64,000 nucleotides of DNA from Opitutales bacterium (GTDB lineage: Bacteria > Verrucomicrobiota > Verrucomicrobiia > Opitutales > CAXXNP01): positions 1,216,163 through 1,280,162 of the forward strand of contig OY762281.2 in assembly GCA_963665345.2 (NCBI GenBank), in the 5' to 3' direction. The notes under the pieces were generated by a model that worked only from the letters and a program-made list of their open reading frames with translations, was not told where the DNA came from and searched no databases. Shown piece after piece: positions 61,555-64,000 of the stretch. Position 1 is the stretch's first letter; the number at the start of each line of letters is the position of its first letter. The position numbers were made by a program, and so were the translations under genes.

Positions 61555-61827
61555 TCATTTAACGCTCAGTTGGAATCGTTCCGCGGCGGCCTCGGCGACA
61601 GCATTTTCCATGTCTTTCAATCTTACAGGCTTTCGACCCTGTTCCAGGAACTTCCTGCCGCAGCCGGCGGATGATCCGGGAGCGCTTGTCTTACGTAGAA
61701 AAATCAGGTCGGGTTCCTCCAGTGAGAACTCTATATGGTCTCCGGTTCTAATAGAGAGGGAGTCACGCAGTTTCTTAGGCAAGGTCACTTGCCCTTTCGA
61801 AGTAACTTTAGCCTGTAATGTCTCCAT
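61555..61827 (-). CDS. vapB: AbrB/MazE/SpoVT-type antitoxin (VapB-type)
   Basis: 90 aa. METLQAKVTSKGQVTLPKKLRDSLSIRTGDHIEF is a looped-hinge-helix (SpoVT/AbrB) DNA-binding motif. Confidence 0.75.
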   Translation of the reverse strand: METLQAKVTSKGQVTLPKKLRDSLSIRTGDHIEFSLEEPDLIFLRKTSAPGSSAGCGRKFLEQGRKPVRLKDMENAVAEAAAERFQLSVK

Positions 61828-61851
61828 TCCTTACGTTTTCACTAAAATTGT

Positions 61852-62085
61852 AGAAAATCAAGCCATGAAATTCCCGGAATCTCCATTCGCTCCATTCTGA
61901 ACGAGGCCCCCCAGCTTTTTCGGTGCCTGCGCCGAAAAAATCAGCAATTCCTTGAGGCATTCAGGTCCAGAAAATCAAGCCATGAAATTCCCGGAATCTC
62001 CATTCGCTCCATTCTGAACGAGGCCCCCCAGCTTTTTCGGTGCCTGCGCCGAAAAAATCAGCAATTCCTTGAGGCATTCAGGTCC
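61852..62085. repeat. perfect direct tandem duplication, 2 x 117 bp
   Basis: 61852-61968 and 61969-62085 are identical as read. Each copy holds a 12-codon mini-ORF (ATGAAATTCCCGGAATCTCCATTCGCTCCATTCTGA), a T5/A6-flanked hairpin (TTTTTCGGTGCCTGCGCCGAAAAA), and the left arm of the terminator hairpin. Confidence 0.9.
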
Positions 62086-62105
62086 CTGAATGCCTCAAGG
62101 AATTG
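62062..62105 (-). terminator. intrinsic terminator of the 62095-62538 ORF
   Basis: Perfect 21-nt arms (62062-82 / 62085-105). On the minus strand the sequence after the stem is CTGATTTTTTCGGC. The stop codon (62095-62097) lies inside the stem. Confidence 0.7.
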
Positions 62106-62538
62106 TAAAGAAGCCGTTGGATTGCAGATCGACGAACTCTCGCGGTCCGGAAGTCCCTTCGAAGTAGAATACCCAGGAATTTCGGGTGAAGCTGTAGAGA
62201 TTCGGGTAGGTCTCGGCTGCAGTGTAAAGCCACTGGTCCGAACCGTGATCGTAAACGTACATCTCGCTAGGGCTGCTGTCCTCCCAGATATACATCCATT
62301 CATGCTGGGCATGGAAGATCCATCCGCTGTCGGAAAAGGCGACATTGAAATCGCCGAACCAGGGAGAGCGCCGCCAGTCGTCTCCCAGATCTTCCGCTCC
62401 TTCGAAAGGCGGCGGGACAGGCAGCTCGTCACTTTCGACGAAAATGGTGAAGGTCCTCGAGTCGACGCAGCCGTAGTTGTTGCAGAGGCGCCACCAGAAC
62501 GGTGTCGTTTCGGTCACAGGACCGGGAAAGAAGATCAC
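62095..62538 (-). CDS. C-terminal part of a secreted Ig-like/Trp-rich protein (no ATG start; probably split from the upstream ORF)
   Basis: It begins with the end of an Ig-like domain (PFWWRLCNNYGCVDSRTFTIFV). A Trp/Tyr-rich region follows (WRRSPWFGDF...GWIFHAQHEWMYIW...WLYTAAETYPNLYSF...WVFY). Only a GTG overlapping the upstream stop (GTGA) is available as a start. Confidence 0.5.
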   Translation of the reverse strand: MIFFPGPVTETTPFWWRLCNNYGCVDSRTFTIFVESDELPVPPPFEGAEDLGDDWRRSPWFGDFNVAFSDSGWIFHAQHEWMYIWEDSSPSEMYVYDHGSDQWLYTAAETYPNLYSFTRNSWVFYFEGTSGPREFVDLQSNGFFTIP

Positions 62539-62840
62539 CGTTCCTCCCGCATGGGTAAAACACTGTCCGGCAGGGGATCCGAGGTGTCGGGGTGCGCCCC
62601 GCGATAGGCACGCTCGGAGATGAGCTCTCCAAATGGGTTGTTCGGCTCTAAACTGATGTCCTCCCTAATCACCCACCGCTGATCGGGATTTACTGTCTGA
62701 TCCTCGGGTTGCGTGAGGAATGTCGGCTGACCCAGAGCGCTTGTGTTGACCGCGAAAGCGGCGGAGACGATCAGGAGGAGGTGGCAGAATCGGGTCGCTG
62801 ATTTCGTTCTCGTAGTCGTTTTGCTAGGCCGCGAATTCAT
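62535..62840 (-). CDS. N-terminal part of the same secreted protein (signal peptide plus start of Ig-like domain)
   Basis: Signal peptide RFCHLLLIVSAAFAVNTSALG, then PTFLTQPEDQTVNPDQ, typical of the first strand of bacterial Ig-like repeats. It ends at a TGA overlapping the next ORF. Confidence 0.5.
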   Translation of the reverse strand: MNSRPSKTTTRTKSATRFCHLLLIVSAAFAVNTSALGQPTFLTQPEDQTVNPDQRWVIREDISLEPNNPFGELISERAYRGAHPDTSDPLPDSVLPMREER

Positions 62841-62950
62841 CGTCGTTCTCCTGTCGGTGAAGTTATGCGGTCGGTCTGGAACTCGGCATCTATTGCGCGG
62901 AGGTGTCTTTATTAAGTGCTGTCCGGTTTTGCGCGGGAGGTTACAAAGTA

Positions 62951-62976
62951 TTTTCCAGCGAATTCTCGCTGGAAAA
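62951..62976. other. perfect 11-bp stem / 4-nt loop palindrome
   Basis: TTTTCCAGCGA-ATTC-TCGCTGGAAAA, about 110 bp upstream of the 62840 start codon on the minus strand. Confidence 0.7.
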
Positions 62977-63412
62977 TACAGGGCGCGTCTGCAACCCGCT
63001 GGGGAGGAGAGGAAAAGGATGGAATTTGAGGTAGCACGGGCGCGTATTGGGTAGGATGGAGCGCCTGCTCCGTCTAGTGGTGCTGCGGCGCATTACCAGG
63101 CCAACGGCGAAGCTGTCGCTTCACCTTACGGACCACCAGCAGTTGGCAAAGGGCGTTAGCTCCATTGTTCTCCTATTCATAACTTCTACAGGGACGAATT
63201 GGGCAGGATGGTGGTTGTCTCGGCAAAGCATTTTCCCGGGCGCGAGGCACCCTTTTCAACGGAACGAAACACACAGGCTTTCAGGGAAGAAACGACAAGT
63301 CGTCCCCTCGTGGCCTGGGGCTTACTCCTGACGAAGGAGGGGTTGCCCCGGGTTCCTGGACCGTTCGCCTAGCAAACTCACGCACCGCAATCTCCGCTTC
63401 CGTCTACGGATT

Positions 63413-63555
63413 GCTTCCGTCGTCGCCTGTCGGCTTTGTCGGGACGAGTCGGCGGGACAAGCCGCTACGATAAGCAGTGCGCCACGAGAGAAGGACCGGT
63501 TCTTGGAAACTCGCGTGTGACTGTCCCAGGAGAACCGTAAGGCGACGACGGAAGC
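63413..63555. repeat. 15-bp perfect long-range inverted repeat enclosing two hairpins (structured RNA or MITE-like element, unassigned)
   Basis: GCTTCCGTCGTCGCC (63413-27) is the exact reverse complement of GGCGACGACGGAAGC (63541-55). Inside are CGGCTTtGTC...GACAAGCCG and CGGTTCT...AGAACCG hairpins. Confidence 0.6.
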
Positions 63556-63822
63556 GCCCGCTCCGTTTCCCGCAGCAGTAGGTAAGGCGCCGGGTAGTAG
63601 AAGGAGCCGCCGCCGAGAACTTCGGCGAGGCAAGCGCGCAAGGGTGCGGTCTTGGAAAGCTGAATCTGAGTGTTACAGATTTCCGCCTTCTTGCCCATTG
63701 GCCCTGAGTTTATCGATGGGCGAAGCCTCTGGTTCCCGAGAATTCGCATGTTGCTATCTCAGGAGAGTATTGTTCGGGTGGCTGGGTGTCCGTTTTATTA
63801 GGACGAAACAGAGGCAATCAGC

Positions 63823-63922
63823 GCGTCCTGAAGGGGCGCGAGAGCCCAGCCCAGGGAGGAGCGTAGCGACGCCCTGGGTCACTGGGCGCAGATCCAGCAG
63901 GCGTCCTGAATGGGCGCGAGAG
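63823..63922. repeat. short GC-rich direct repeat (22 nt, 1 mismatch, 78-nt spacing)
   Basis: GCGTCCTGAAGGGGCGCGAGAG (63823-44) and GCGTCCTGAATGGGCGCGAGAG (63901-22). Nearby are TGTCCGTTT...GGACG motifs and a CCAGGG...CCCTGG hairpin. Confidence 0.7.
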
Positions 63923-64000
63923 TCGAACGCCCAGGAGACGGATGTCCGTTTCCCCCGCCCCGTCGGGACGGCGATCATTGCATCACAGGGAACCCAGGGC

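Noticed and set aside
61862-61900. Mini-ORF MKFPESPFAPF present in each 117-bp repeat unit, considered as a leader peptide or small protein
   Set aside because: It lies on the strand opposite to both flanking genes, with no visible ribosome-binding site. It is recorded only as a feature of the repeat.
63300-63760. RNase P RNA, tmRNA, SRP RNA or cobalamin riboswitch
   Set aside because: On the minus strand, CTAGGCGAACGGTCCAGGAACCCGGGGCAA loosely recalls the RNase P 3' region (…CUAG…ACAGAACCCGGCUUA). The invariant GGAAAGUCC (CR-I) is absent on both strands across 62841-63760. No tmRNA acceptor/T-arm (GGUUCGA…CCACCA) or plausible tag ORF is present. There is no SRP GGAAG…AGCA motif. On the plus strand, GCCACGAG / CCGCUACGAUAAGC / CCCAGGAGAACCG occur in the order of cobalamin-riboswitch blocks. 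However, each deviates from the conserved cores (GCCACUG, B12 box AGYCMGGAGACCKGCC), the GGGAA/GGUG region is missing, and no downstream gene follows.
63754-63978. 74-aa minus-strand ORF (also 63322-63633 and 63465-63749)
   Set aside because: The translations are Arg/Pro/Gly/Ser-rich and coincide with the GC-rich repeats and hairpins. They are most likely repeat-derived pseudo-ORFs rather than genes.
1-64000. CRISPR arrays, rRNA and tRNA genes, intact transposons, prophage or defence islands
   Set aside because: No regularly spaced direct repeats were seen, and no T-loop GGTTCGA-type tRNA signatures in the intergenic gaps I read. No integrase, recombinase or phage structural genes are present. 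The only mobile-element trace is the IS66 remnant. A tRNAscan/Infernal run would be needed to exclude small RNAs rigorously.

Overview
This is a densely coding, moderately GC-rich bacterial chromosomal segment. I support about 52 CDS and saw no rRNA, tRNA or CRISPR array by eye. Bases 1-57,000 are mainly housekeeping genes: a partial 2-oxoacid dehydrogenase E2, a fused glycine dehydrogenase, nth, clpB, psd, an M24 peptidase translationally coupled to the heptose genes hldA and gmhB, argS, thymidine phosphorylase, efp, the lipid A genes (lpxC-fabZ fusion and lpxA), and a 1993-aa thioester alpha-2-macroglobulin. They continue with hpt, an ABC ATPase plus binding protein, dnaE, rpsU, mutY, the rnhC-rnhB-acpS-dprA chain, a HIT protein, nrdR, an amidotransferase, tgt, UDP-glucuronate decarboxylase, secA, lnt, a tartrate-dehydrogenase-like enzyme and pdxS/pdxT. 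The gene content (LpxC-FabZ fusion, RNase HIII, DUF1573, a PEGA-like domain, Trp-rich secreted protein tails) suggests a Gram-negative of the PVC/Verrucomicrobia type; that is inference only. I did not find a recognisable complete defence or mobile system. The less ordinary parts are listed below.

- A near-consensus sigma-54 -24/-12 element lies directly upstream of clpB, beside a divergent enhancer-binding-protein relative with eroded ATPase motifs.
- EF-P carries Arg at the position of the modified lysine.
- An ABC ATPase and a large binding protein have no permease gene, and the next sequence is an IS66 transposase scar that also overlaps the dnaE 3' end.
- A diadenylate-cyclase-domain protein has RHT in place of RHR.
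- A rhodanese / MauE-DoxX / DUF1573 trio sits at 55.8-57.4 kb.
- At 57.5-61.1 kb a membrane-anchored TPR/PEGA-like protein is followed by two secreted, extremely low-complexity Gln/Gly/Glu/Ser-rich proteins. This is my best candidate for an undescribed envelope or extracellular module.
- A vapBC pair is preceded by a perfect 2 x 117 bp tandem duplication whose breakpoint lies in the loop of a terminator hairpin.
- A 1.16-kb ORF-poor, GC-rich tail contains a 15-bp long-range complement with nested hairpins and short GC-rich repeats.

Start codons were refined by eye and are less certain than stops.
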